From Candidatus Aenigmatarchaeota archaeon (lineage in GTDB: Archaea > Aenigmatarchaeota > Aenigmatarchaeia > Aenigmatarchaeales > JACQIB01): a stretch of DNA of 19,479 nucleotides. Positions 1 through 9,298 of the stretch are shown here, piece after piece. The stretch is taken from NCBI GenBank assembly GCA_043799675.1, contig JAZDNN010000005.1, forward strand, positions 1 through 19,479, read 5' to 3'. The notes beneath the pieces were generated by a model. The model was not told the DNA's origin and made no database searches. It saw nothing but the letters and a program-made list of their open reading frames with translations. The position numbers and the translations under genes are program-made. The first letter of the stretch is position 1; each line of letters begins with the position of its first letter.

Positions 1-219
1 ATAGCGGACGCCCAGGTCACCAAGATCAAATTGGGCTCCGATGTGAAGGGATGCACCGCCTGTATCGGCGGATGCGGCGGCAGTTATCCGAGCTGGGCAA
101 CATCAATCTCTCTCAGCAGCCCGACCGACTCTGCCTATGCACGTGGGGCAAGCTGTGCCGGCAGTCTGACCCAGAGGGCCGCACCGGTGAACTTCGATAT
201 CTGCTGCGGACTTCCGTGA
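1..219 (+). CDS. 3' part of a hypothetical Cys-rich protein (5' end outside window)
   Basis: Frame 1 is open from base 1 (IADAQVTKIKLGSDVKGCTAC...FDICCGLP*). The IxDxxVTxxKL motif resembles fibre-like repeats. The stop lies 12 nt before the next start. Confidence 0.6.
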   Translation: MADAQVTKIKLGSDVKGCTACIGGCGGSYPSWATSISLSSPTDSAYARGASCAGSLTQRAAPVNFDICCGLP

Positions 220-231
220 ACGGTGTTTTCA

Positions 232-1554
232 ATGCCCGTTAAAAAAAGAAGGGCGGCCGTGCGCAAGAAGGCCGCAACGAAAATTGTCAAAATAAATGCT
301 TACCATCCGGGCTCCCATGGGAAGGGGGCAAGGACATGGGGAACAGCCGGAACACCGCAGGCTTTGCGGTTGCATCCGCGCGTGCAACACGGAATTCTCT
401 GGGCGGTTTTTGTTTCAGCAACAATCATCGGGGCGATCGCCTTCATAGATGCGGCATACCTCTCCTCGGTCCCGTATGCGGTCATGGGAAGCACGGGATA
501 CGGGATGCAGCTGGCGGCCGCCGGAAGCGGGATGGCGACCAGCACGAGTTACAGGCTGGGCATGAGCTTCGGCGAGGCGGCGGCGGGACAGGCGACCAGC
601 ACCGGATATTCGGTGGTACTGGGTTCCATGGCCTATCTGGGCGGGGATTCGGATGCCCCGAAATGCACACTGAGCCAGAGCACCGGAACACCTGCCTTGG
701 GGGCAGCAGTAATCCTTACCGCAGCCTGCACGGACGATGTCGGGCTCAGTAAGATAGAGCTCGCGACGGATGAAAACGGGAACATGACCAGGACGGGCCT
801 GTACGGTTCGCCGGCCGCAGCCAGCGGGACCTCATTTTCCACGGATTTCAGGTGGCTCAATCCGGCAACGCCTGTCGGCAGGACCGTCTCATGGAAGGTG
901 TTTGCGACCGACACCAGCTACAACGAAGGCGGCAGCAGCACGCTTGCATTCACGGTCGGTGCGGAACCTGACACCGTCAAACCGCGGATAGGGAGCATCA
1001 TAATCAATCCGCCGTCACCATCGGTCGGAACTTCCACCGGCATTTCCGCCGAGGCCACGGACAATAACGGACTGGCAGCAGCCACGCTGACGGTCAACGG
1101 GATTGCGACCTCGGCGGTCTCACTCAGCGGCAAGGCGGCAAACCCGCAGTTCACCTGGACACCGGCGCAGACGGGCACCTACAGACTCAAGATATCCGTC
1201 ACGGACGGGGCGGGCAACACCGCCGACAGCAATGAAGCAATCGTCGGGGTCGGCGTCCCAGTCGTGCAATGCACATCCGCAAAGCCTGCCGACACCGAAG
1301 GCCCCTGCACGGATGACGGTAACGGGAAGCAACAGAAGAGCGTGACCACCTGGAGCTGCAACACGGAGAACGGGCAGTGGAAGTCCACGCTCAGCCTGCA
1401 GGACTGCGCGACGGGCGGGAACCAGTCGGCGGATTTCACGGCAATCGGGTTGGTTGCGGCAGCCGTTGCGGCCGGAGCGGGGTACTACATACTCAAGATA
1501 CGGAAGAAGGGCGGTCCGGAACTCCCTTCGGCGCCGGCACCGGAACCGGCCTGA
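232..1554 (+). CDS. Membrane-anchored surface protein with two Ig-like repeats, a 4-Cys module and a C-terminal TM helix
   Basis: ATG at 232 follows a GGTG SD-like motif (ORF track starts at 223). Basic N-terminus and TM (GILWAVFVSATIIGAIAFI), beta-rich repeats ending ATDTSYN and VTDGAGN, C-terminal TM followed by KIRKK and a Pro-rich tail. Confidence 0.75.
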   Translation: MPVKKRRAAVRKKAATKIVKINAYHPGSHGKGARTWGTAGTPQALRLHPRVQHGILWAVFVSATIIGAIAFIDAAYLSSVPYAVMGSTGYGMQLAAAGSGMATSTSYRLGMSFGEAAAGQATSTGYSVVLGSMAYLGGDSDAPKCTLSQSTGTPALGAAVILTAACTDDVGLSKIELATDENGNMTRTGLYGSPAAASGTSFSTDFRWLNPATPVGRTVSWKVFATDTSYNEGGSSTLAFTVGAEPDTVKPRIGSIIINPPSPSVGTSTGISAEATDNNGLAAATLTVNGIATSAVSLSGKAANPQFTWTPAQTGTYRLKISVTDGAGNTADSNEAIVGVGVPVVQCTSAKPADTEGPCTDDGNGKQQKSVTTWSCNTENGQWKSTLSLQDCATGGNQSADFTAIGLVAAAVAAGAGYYILKIRKKGGPELPSAPAPEPA

Positions 1555-1593
1555 ATTGCGCTCCTATTTAGCCGAGTGCCAGGATTTTTATGG

Positions 1594-1923
1594 ATGCGCG
1601 TTTTTGCCGGATTGTCCATAGTCATGTTCTTGCTGATCCTCCCTTCGTGCACGTTTGCAGCGGACATGACAACATGCGACGGAATACAGCCTGCGCCTTC
1701 GGAATGGACCAACTGCACGATTGACGGAAGCCAGGACCGGGTCGTGTATGCATGCGACGCTGACATCGGAATGTACCGGACGGAGACAGAGTCGCGGGCG
1801 TGCGATTCGGGCTTCATCAGGCTCTCTATCACACAATTCAGTCTGGCATTCCTGCTGCTGTTCGCGGGGGCGGCAGGGCTCGCCGTCTGGAAGAAACGTA
1901 TAAATATGCGGCTGGACAAGTGA
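1594..1923 (+). CDS. Small exported, membrane-anchored protein (signal peptide, 4-Cys module, TM)
   Basis: ATG at 1594 is 24 nt after TATTTA (1565-1570). Hydrophobic N-terminus, four Cys in the mature part, C-terminal TM followed by WKKR. Confidence 0.65.
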   Translation: MRVFAGLSIVMFLLILPSCTFAADMTTCDGIQPAPSEWTNCTIDGSQDRVVYACDADIGMYRTETESRACDSGFIRLSITQFSLAFLLLFAGAAGLAVWKKRINMRLDK

Positions 1924-1928
1924 ACGGT

Positions 1929-2261
1929 ATGGCAAAGAGGAAGCTGAAGGTACAGGTCACGAGCTTCAGGCACTACGGTTACAGGCCGGTCCTCGGCTCG
2001 TTTCTGGTCCTGCTGATAGTTGGCGCATTCGGCATACTGCCTCAAGTAGGCGTTGCAAACGCCGCGACATTGAACATAGCGTTAGGCATAGGTGACCAAT
2101 CCACAACATCGTTTACCAGCGGACTGATGCTGCTCAGCGTGCTGCTGGTAATCATAGTGGCGTTCGTGCTGCTATGGTTCACCAAGAAGCGGGAGTTCGA
2201 CAAGATAGCCGACACGCCGATGCCTTTGCGACGGATGAAGTCAAATCCGTGGCACCTTTAA
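1929..2261 (+). CDS. Hypothetical two-TM membrane protein (110 aa)
   Basis: ATG at 1929 (MAKRKLK) follows TATAAATA at 1899-1906. Two hydrophobic segments with basic flanks. The ORF-track start at 1800 would overlap the previous gene. Confidence 0.65.
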   Translation: MAKRKLKVQVTSFRHYGYRPVLGSFLVLLIVGAFGILPQVGVANAATLNIALGIGDQSTTSFTSGLMLLSVLLVIIVAFVLLWFTKKREFDKIADTPMPLRRMKSNPWHL

Positions 2262-2383
2262 ATATCGGCCAGCCCTACTGCACTAGTTGAGCAAAAGCAG
2301 CCGCGGGCTGCAGGTGACAGTAAAGCAAGTCCGCGAAGCGGACCAAAAGATGATTCGCAGCCAAAGGCTGCAAGTGATATGAA

Positions 2384-2893
2384 ATGGTATCAAAAGCGGC
2401 AATCGATTACGTGAAGACACAGACGGCGGCAGGTTTCAAACCGAATGCAATCAAGAAGGCGATGAAGAAGGCCGGCTGGAAACCGGAAGACATAGAGGCG
2501 GCCATGGATGCGGCATCACCGGATTACCAGAAGCCGGCCCGCGAAACCAAGGAAGAAGAGACTGAGACCCCGAAAGGCAAGAGCGAAAACCGACAACCGG
2601 TCGAGCTGCCGGGGTTCGAGATCGAGGCGGACGTCTACTCGGCGGCGATGGGGATAGGCAGGATACTGCCGGTCCTGGACGAGAACGACATGATCAAGAC
2701 GCTGAACGGTCTCCACAAGATAGCGGACAAAAGGGGCTTCAACAAGTTCGCGGGCCTGATTGAGACGCTCGAGCTGACCGTTGAAGGCAAGGACAAGGAC
2801 ACCATGCTAATCGAGATAGCACGGGTCGGTCCGAGGATAAGGGAAATTTTCGAGGAAGAGCTGAAAAGGGCGAAGCAGCAAGCGAAGAAATGA
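2384..2893 (+). CDS. Hypothetical cytoplasmic protein (169 aa) with an N-terminal YxxxxxxxGxxxxxIKxxxxxxGWxxxxI helical motif
   Basis: Clean ORF with GTGA SD-like motif upstream and charged helical composition. N-terminal motif resembles a small domain I associate with DPANN/CPR proteins. Confidence 0.7.
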   Translation: MVSKAAIDYVKTQTAAGFKPNAIKKAMKKAGWKPEDIEAAMDAASPDYQKPARETKEEETETPKGKSENRQPVELPGFEIEADVYSAAMGIGRILPVLDENDMIKTLNGLHKIADKRGFNKFAGLIETLELTVEGKDKDTMLIEIARVGPRIREIFEEELKRAKQQAKK

Positions 2894-2941
2894 GCCAAAC
2901 ATTTCTGGCAGCTATTTATAACCGTCTTGCACAACTTTATC

Positions 2942-5900
2942 GTGCGCCACCATCTGGCCGTCCTACCGTGTTTTCTATTGCTGGCTGCCGTATACGGAGC
3001 CACACTGGCCGCCGCGGCCCCGGATAACAGTGCTCCAACGCCCCTGAGCATCTCCCTGGCCCCGGTTTTCTCGGTGAAATGCGTGCCTCTGGTCTACAAC
3101 GGCGACCCGAAGGACAAACTGGACGTGGTGTTCGTCCCATTTGGCTACGGCGGAGACATCGAATCATTCAGGACCGATGTGACCGAAGCAATATCCAAAG
3201 GACTTTACGAGGTTGAGCCATTCAAGAGCGAAAAGGAGAAAATCAATTTTTATTACATAAATTCCGATGAACTGATCATTCCTCCCGGAATGTCCGGGAA
3301 CGAAATATTCGATGACAACAAACTCTATGGAGATGCAATCAACCTCGCGTCCAACTGCCCCGTAGACAAGATGATTTTATTAAGCAGCAGAATCAGTGTA
3401 GGCGTGGCAGAGGATTTCGGCGCCATGGCCGGACTTGATTTTACGTTTCTTAAATCCGTTGTTGGTCTGAGCGATGAAAAAATAAGGAGCCATCTGAACT
3501 GGGTAATCCTCCACGAATTCGGCCATAGTTTCGGCCGCCTCGAAGACGAATATTGGATTGGCAATATTGGGCATTATTCCTACAAAAGGGTAAATCTGGA
3601 CGTGATAAACAGTTCAGTTGCGTGCCCAAAATGGTGTTCCGGACCGCCCAACATAGACATGAACGATCCGTGCACAAAAGCCGGTTCACGGGGAGAATGC
3701 TCCTTTCAGCGTTGCATGTGGTTCGACGACAAGACCGTATACGGGAGCAACTGTTTTCCGAGAGATGTGAATATAGGGACAGGTTGCCAGGAAGGGACAG
3801 TCTGTATAATCAGGCGGCCCAGTGAAAAGAGCGGCGAGAACATGGGCATACCTTCCGTGTGGCGTGTGATGGAGAAGCAAGACAGCTCGGGTATATTTGA
3901 TTACGGAACATTCGAAACGTCGGCAATCAGAGAGAAGCTGGAACCTTTCAATACGTTACACCTGTCATCAGTCAGCGCCGTGAAAAAGGGTGACGGGGTG
4001 CAGATGATATCGATGTGGCAGGACGAGAACATAATTATGAGCGCCACGCTGTTCACATGCCACGGCCCCCTGGGCGAATGCGGACAATCTTTTGGGCAGT
4101 TTGCCGAGTCACCAATCAGCGTTCTCAAACAGAGCGGGCAACAGACGATTACCGCGACCATCGACACGAAAGCCTTCATGGAAGGCGAGACAATCGTATC
4201 ATACATCAAGGTGTGCAATGACAAGAACCTTTGCACAACGACTGGCACCCAGTCGTTCACAATAATGGACGGCAAAGGTCCGGACATCGGTGCAGTATCC
4301 ATGTCCGGCACGCCTGCAAAGTATTCTATTGTCAAGCTGAGCGCGACAGGCATAAAGGACCCGAGCGGGCTCGGAAAGGCCGTCCTCCTCATCAACGGGG
4401 AAGAGAAAATCTCCCATGACATACCGGATGCCGGCGGCATCAATTTCGATTTCACCGTACCATCGGAGCTTGAAGGCAAAACGGTCGACTGGGCCATCAA
4501 GGCATACGATACCCTTGGTAATCAGAACGAAAAAGGCGGCTCGTTCTTCGTGCCCGATAAGACTTCGCCGTCCATGTACATTGCCCTTGACAAGGATGCT
4601 GTAAGGGTCAGCTATACGTTCAAGCTGACCATCAGGGCGCAGGACAATACCAGGCTCAAGGACATTACACTGTACGTGAACGGTGCGAATGTGAAGAACT
4701 GGAATTACGCCCAAGATGAGGCCGTTACACCGGGAAGGTTGCATGAGGAAATTTACACCCTGACAGCCGACCAAAGCCAGTACCAAAAAACCGTACCAAT
4801 TAGGGTGGTGGCCACTGATGAAGCCGGCAATCTGCCGACGGAACGGGGCACCAGCTACACCGTTACTGCCCCGACCTGTGCGGACAGCCTCGGTCCGACA
4901 ATCATCGAAACAAAAGGACCGCCGACCATCAAACCCGGCGAAAAAGCCGTCCTCACGGCAAAATTCACGGACAAAGTTGATCAGTACGGCTGCGGCGGAC
5001 TGACATATGCGAACCTTGAGGTCGCTGGCGAGGACGGTAAGTTCTTTCTGGCAGGTCTGGCCTTCTTCAGCAATGCGGTAGACAAACAGACCGGTGCCCA
5101 GAGTAAGATAACGGCCGCGACCGCAAGCTTCGACTATTTCACACGGGACTACAGCAAACCGCGGCAACAGCTTCTGATACTGCCGGCACTCATATCACAG
5201 CGGCTGGGCACCTTGGGGACGGATTTCAATGTAAACAACATCGCGACAGTCTGGACCCCTACAATCGGCGGTGCCACGACTCCGATAAATCCGACCGGAA
5301 AGGAAGCACAACCTCCCGTCTATATACCGGTCGGCGCTGCCGGCACCCAGATGAAATGGCGGATAACCGCGTTCGATGAAAACGGCAACAAGCAGATGAC
5401 CGGTGACCAGACAACGGCAATAACGGATGATATCGCCCCTGTGACGATGGGCGAGCCAGGTGCATGGAGCGTCTCCAAAGAGCTCAGGCTTACGACCGGC
5501 GACCTTACTGCCAGCGGTGTTCAGTACGTCACAACGGAAAGAGGCGTACTCCCGATAAAACTCATGAAGACGCTGGCGAGCGGCGCACAGGCCGAGCTTG
5601 ACGTGAACGGCACGCGCGCCACACTCATGCGGGAGGAGGTCATGAAAGTCGGCGGAACAGGTTTCCAGTTCGTGAGCGGCACGCAAGGCACCGGCGGAAA
5701 AGACACCGCCACCGTCAACGTGCTCAATCCGGTATCACGGGTAAAAACGGACGGAAGCGTCCTGTTCACGAGCTGCTGGCAGGACTGGGGCATACTCACG
5801 AAGGAGGAACTGCAACTTGATACCGGCAACGGCTTTGCCACAGCAACGGTTAAAACGGGCGCAAACCCATCCTTCGAGTTCGCGCCTGCAGGTCAGAAAG

Positions 5901-7012
5901 TGTGCCGCAGCTGGACGTGGACACCGTGGGGAGTGACTTCGGGCACCGATGTCAGGTGGAGGGTTGAAGCCACCGACAGGACGGGAAACAAGGCCCGAGC
6001 ACCGACCAACGGCCTCTTCACCGTGGGCTCGAAACCGCCCCAATTGATCAGCAAGAGCTGGGAGCCACTCAATCCCGTGGCAGGGCAGAAGGTGATAATA
6101 ACGGCACAGTTGACTGATGACAACGGGCTGGCGTCGGCCAGTATAGAAAGCGATGAGACCGGAGCCTTCGAGGAAAAGGATTCGGCACCGTTAAGCGGCA
6201 CTTTGGCGACGGTAAATCTGACGTGGCGTGCACCCGCAGTGAAGGAGAGCATTGCAGTAAACTGGCGACTTGTAGCAACGGACATCGATGGGAACAGGGC
6301 CGTGCTCGATCCTATATTTAACATCCAGCCTGACACAGAGCCGCCCGACATAATAACACAAATAATCGAAGAATCCGCGGCCGGCACCGCAATTACTATT
6401 GGCGCCGCAGTCAGCGATAACGGCAGGATTGGCACGGTCAGCTTTGAGGTCGATGAAGGCACGGGCTATTACGTCAAAGAAAGCAGGCAAGTAGGTCTCT
6501 CATCAACCATGGTCGTTTTCGACTGGAACGACCCAGGCCTTCCGGCCGGAACTACAATCAAATGGCGCATCACCGCGACCGACATATCGGGCAACAACGC
6601 AACCTCACCGGAACAATCCTTCATCTTAAAAGCAGGAGGAAATGTTACGGGAACGGAAGAAGAATTACCCCTGCCCGGCGAGGAATCCAATGAATGCGAC
6701 ACGACGATACGCCCACGGAGCAACATCGGTCCGTGCATCGAAGTGAGCCCTGGCGTGAATCAACAGACCGTAACCACATCCACCTGCGACACCACCGACG
6801 GCGCATGGAAACCGAAAATGGTGCAGGAACCATGCAATCTGCCGACAGGATCGCTGCCAATGGACATGACAATCATAAGGACGATCATCGTTATAGGCAT
6901 AGCGGGTGGAGCTGCTTACTATATCATGCGCGTTAAGAAAAAAAGAACACCAACCAAAGCACCGGCACCGCCTCCGACCCCGTCCCCGACCGGAAAGAAG
7001 CACTCAAAATAG
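2942..7012 (+). CDS. Large surface-anchored M64 (IgA peptidase-like) zinc metallopeptidase with multiple Ig-like repeats
   Basis: Signal peptide; LDVVFVPFGY...EPFKSEKEKINFY and HEFGHSFGRLEDEY match M64 signatures. Repeats end in AxDxxGN, followed by a 4-Cys module, TM and Lys/Pro tail. GTG at 2942 chosen because TATTTATAA lies at 2913-2921. Confidence 0.8.
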   Translation: MRHHLAVLPCFLLLAAVYGATLAAAAPDNSAPTPLSISLAPVFSVKCVPLVYNGDPKDKLDVVFVPFGYGGDIESFRTDVTEAISKGLYEVEPFKSEKEKINFYYINSDELIIPPGMSGNEIFDDNKLYGDAINLASNCPVDKMILLSSRISVGVAEDFGAMAGLDFTFLKSVVGLSDEKIRSHLNWVILHEFGHSFGRLEDEYWIGNIGHYSYKRVNLDVINSSVACPKWCSGPPNIDMNDPCTKAGSRGECSFQRCMWFDDKTVYGSNCFPRDVNIGTGCQEGTVCIIRRPSEKSGENMGIPSVWRVMEKQDSSGIFDYGTFETSAIREKLEPFNTLHLSSVSAVKKGDGVQMISMWQDENIIMSATLFTCHGPLGECGQSFGQFAESPISVLKQSGQQTITATIDTKAFMEGETIVSYIKVCNDKNLCTTTGTQSFTIMDGKGPDIGAVSMSGTPAKYSIVKLSATGIKDPSGLGKAVLLINGEEKISHDIPDAGGINFDFTVPSELEGKTVDWAIKAYDTLGNQNEKGGSFFVPDKTSPSMYIALDKDAVRVSYTFKLTIRAQDNTRLKDITLYVNGANVKNWNYAQDEAVTPGRLHEEIYTLTADQSQYQKTVPIRVVATDEAGNLPTERGTSYTVTAPTCADSLGPTIIETKGPPTIKPGEKAVLTAKFTDKVDQYGCGGLTYANLEVAGEDGKFFLAGLAFFSNAVDKQTGAQSKITAATASFDYFTRDYSKPRQQLLILPALISQRLGTLGTDFNVNNIATVWTPTIGGATTPINPTGKEAQPPVYIPVGAAGTQMKWRITAFDENGNKQMTGDQTTAITDDIAPVTMGEPGAWSVSKELRLTTGDLTASGVQYVTTERGVLPIKLMKTLASGAQAELDVNGTRATLMREEVMKVGGTGFQFVSGTQGTGGKDTATVNVLNPVSRVKTDGSVLFTSCWQDWGILTKEELQLDTGNGFATATVKTGANPSFEFAPAGQKVCRSWTWTPWGVTSGTDVRWRVEATDRTGNKARAPTNGLFTVGSKPPQLISKSWEPLNPVAGQKVIITAQLTDDNGLASASIESDETGAFEEKDSAPLSGTLATVNLTWRAPAVKESIAVNWRLVATDIDGNRAVLDPIFNIQPDTEPPDIITQIIEESAAGTAITIGAAVSDNGRIGTVSFEVDEGTGYYVKESRQVGLSSTMVVFDWNDPGLPAGTTIKWRITATDISGNNATSPEQSFILKAGGNVTGTEEELPLPGEESNECDTTIRPRSNIGPCIEVSPGVNQQTVTTSTCDTTDGAWKPKMVQEPCNLPTGSLPMDMTIIRTIIVIGIAGGAAYYIMRVKKKRTPTKAPAPPPTPSPTGKKHSK

Positions 7013-7065
7013 ACTCCTGGCTGCCCTCTTCTGTGAAATAAAAATCGCGACTACAATGATAACCC

Positions 7066-8268
7066 GTGCCAAAACCCCTGATTGTCGGCTTCGACCCCGG
7101 ACTGACCGGCGCGATAGCCATGCTGGATTTGGAAGGTAACCTTGCGGCGGTCAGCAGCAGGAAGAACTGGCCGCTGGCGGAGATAATCGGGGAAATCGGG
7201 AAAACGGGCAGGCCGCTGCTGATTTCGACCGACAAGGCAAACACGCCCGTTACCGTGAAAAAGCTGGCCTCGGCATTTTCCGCGAAGCTCTGGGCACCGG
7301 ACCACGACCTGGGAATAGAAGAGAAAAAGGAACTGGTCGACGGGACGGAAGGCAGGGAAAGATGCAGCCAGCACGAGCGGGACGCCATGGCGGCCGCGCT
7401 GGCGGCATACAAGAGCATGGCCTCCGGCTTCTCCAAAGTCGAGGATACGCTGCGCCTGCTCGGACTGGAGGAAAAGGGAGAAGATATCAAGCAGCTCCTA
7501 CTAACAAAGAGAGCGAAGAACCTGACGGAAGCGGTCGATATGATATCTGAAAAAAAGCCCGAGGAACCGGAAAGGGTGGAAATCAGGACGACGCCGTCGG
7601 GGCAGCTGCGCACCGACGACCTCATCAGGAAAATCAGGAGCCTGCAGAACACCGTCGAGGTGCAGAAGGCCTACATCGACAGGCTCGAGCAGAAATTCAA
7701 GGAGCTGGAGAAGAGCAGGCAGCAGATGATTGACGAGCGGGTAAGGCAGACGACCGAGGCAAAGAAAGCGGCACTCAGGGACAAGGAACTCGGCCTTCGG
7801 GAACAGATGATTTCCGGACTGAGGCAGCAGCTGGCGGCCTCGGAAAGGGAAAAGGAAAGGGCGCAGCAGGCGATTGAACGGAAAGCGGAGCTCGAGCAGC
7901 TGATTGCGGAAGGAAGGGTCCCCATGGTCCCGGTGAAGGGATGGAGCAAGGAGGCCCTGGCCGAAGCCGACAGGTTCTACGGACTGAAGGACAGGCTCAT
8001 CTGGATATCGGACTTCAAGGAGAGCAATGCCGCCCCGAAATACTGCGTAGCGCTGGGAATCAAGGGGGTTATAGGGGAGCTGGATGAGAAAACGGCCGAA
8101 AGGCTGAGGCAGACGGGCATCCTGGCTGTCACCGGCCTGAAACCGGAAGGGGCCGAGTGGTGGGTCTGGGCGGAAAAGAAGGATTTTGAGGGTGCATTAC
8201 GCTCCACAGAGCGCAAAGGGTTCGTCAATTGGCTTTCAGGATATCGTCAGAGAGCGGAGTCGGAATGA
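7066..8268 (+). CDS. DUF460 domain-containing protein (RNase H-like N-terminus plus coiled coil)
   Basis: IVGFDPGLTGAIAMLDLEG, ISTDKxxxPxTVKKLAxxF and HERDAMAAA motifs, followed by a long coiled coil. Confidence 0.85.
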   Translation: MPKPLIVGFDPGLTGAIAMLDLEGNLAAVSSRKNWPLAEIIGEIGKTGRPLLISTDKANTPVTVKKLASAFSAKLWAPDHDLGIEEKKELVDGTEGRERCSQHERDAMAAALAAYKSMASGFSKVEDTLRLLGLEEKGEDIKQLLLTKRAKNLTEAVDMISEKKPEEPERVEIRTTPSGQLRTDDLIRKIRSLQNTVEVQKAYIDRLEQKFKELEKSRQQMIDERVRQTTEAKKAALRDKELGLREQMISGLRQQLAASEREKERAQQAIERKAELEQLIAEGRVPMVPVKGWSKEALAEADRFYGLKDRLIWISDFKESNAAPKYCVALGIKGVIGELDEKTAERLRQTGILAVTGLKPEGAEWWVWAEKKDFEGALRSTERKGFVNWLSGYRQRAESE

Positions 8269-8329
8269 GGTTTATATCCTTTGCCGAGAGAGGTGGCAGA
8301 GATATAAACCGACATTACAAGTGCATGCT

Positions 8330-9262
8330 ATGCGAACCGGAAAAGTGGAACGTTACATCCATGACAAGCTCGAACGCGAGGGAGCACTGCTTCTCAGCCT
8401 GATAGACCCTGACAAGCAGCCGTTCGAGAAAGGGGCGGCCGTGGCTGAAGCAAGCGCGGAAGCCGGGGCGGACATCATCCTGGTCGGAGGGAGCATAGGC
8501 GCCCAGGGGATGTTGCTGGACAAGACCACCAAGATGATACGGGAATGCGTCAACGTCCCCATCGTTCTTTTCCCGGGCAATGTAGGGACGATAACACCGT
8601 ATGCCGACGCGCTCTATTTCATGTACGTGATGAACAGCCGGGAAGTGTACTGGCTGTCGACCGTCCAGATACAAGGGGCTCCGGTGGTCAAGCGGATGGG
8701 CATCGAACCGATTCCGACCGGCTATATTATATTGGAACCCGGAAAGGCCGTCGGCTGGGTGTCGAACGCGAACCTGATTCCGCATAACAGGGGCGACCTT
8801 GCTGCAGCTACCGCGCTTGCAGCGGAATACATGGGCGCGCGCATCATCGTTACCGATTCGGGCTCCGGGGCGGAGCAGCCGGCCCCTCCCGCCCTGGTCA
8901 AGGCGGTCAGGAGCGTCACAACGGTGCCTTACTTCTATGCCGGCGGCTGCAGGACGCCCGAGCAGGCCACCGGGATAATCAACGCAGGTGCTGACGGCAT
9001 ACAGATAGGGACCGCATTCGAGATGGAGAACGACGACAAGCTTCAGGAAAAGGTCACAAACATGGTCAAGGCGATAAAGGCCGCCGGAAGAGAAAGGGTG
9101 CAGAACGGGAAGCCGCCGGAGAAACCCGACCTGCCGATGTTCCGCATACCGCGCAGGATATTCAGGATGCCGGCGATACACAAGCCGGATTTCAAGTGGA
9201 AGTTCAGGCTCCACAAGGACGGCAAAAAGGGAGACTGCGACTGCGAAGAGGAAATAAAATAA
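8330..9262 (+). CDS. Geranylgeranylglyceryl-phosphate synthase (GGGP/HepGP synthase family, group II-like)
   Basis: LIDPDK, ILVGGS, PIVLFPG, ADALYF, GYIILEPG, SGSGA and GTAFE motifs. ATG at 8330 follows GATATAAA (8301-8308). Confidence 0.92.
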   Translation: MRTGKVERYIHDKLEREGALLLSLIDPDKQPFEKGAAVAEASAEAGADIILVGGSIGAQGMLLDKTTKMIRECVNVPIVLFPGNVGTITPYADALYFMYVMNSREVYWLSTVQIQGAPVVKRMGIEPIPTGYIILEPGKAVGWVSNANLIPHNRGDLAAATALAAEYMGARIIVTDSGSGAEQPAPPALVKAVRSVTTVPYFYAGGCRTPEQATGIINAGADGIQIGTAFEMENDDKLQEKVTNMVKAIKAAGRERVQNGKPPEKPDLPMFRIPRRIFRMPAIHKPDFKWKFRLHKDGKKGDCDCEEEIK

Positions 9263-9298
9263 AATTTCCCCGTTAACGTTGTCCGACAGGCAATTTTT

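Noticed and set aside
2297..2311. Link between the GCAGCC hairpins and GCAGCC in the 64-bp repeat
   Set aside because: Only a 6-nt match, which is expected by chance in GC-rich DNA.
2297..2379. Mini-CRISPR (23-bp repeat plus 37-bp spacer)
   Set aside because: Only two copies with several mismatches, the spacer is itself a hairpin, and there are no cas genes in the window.
8186..8329. Extended N-termini from the ORF track (also 1800, 10691, 17059, 18813)
   Set aside because: They overlap neighbouring genes or promoters. Downstream starts fit family N-termini and TATA spacing better.
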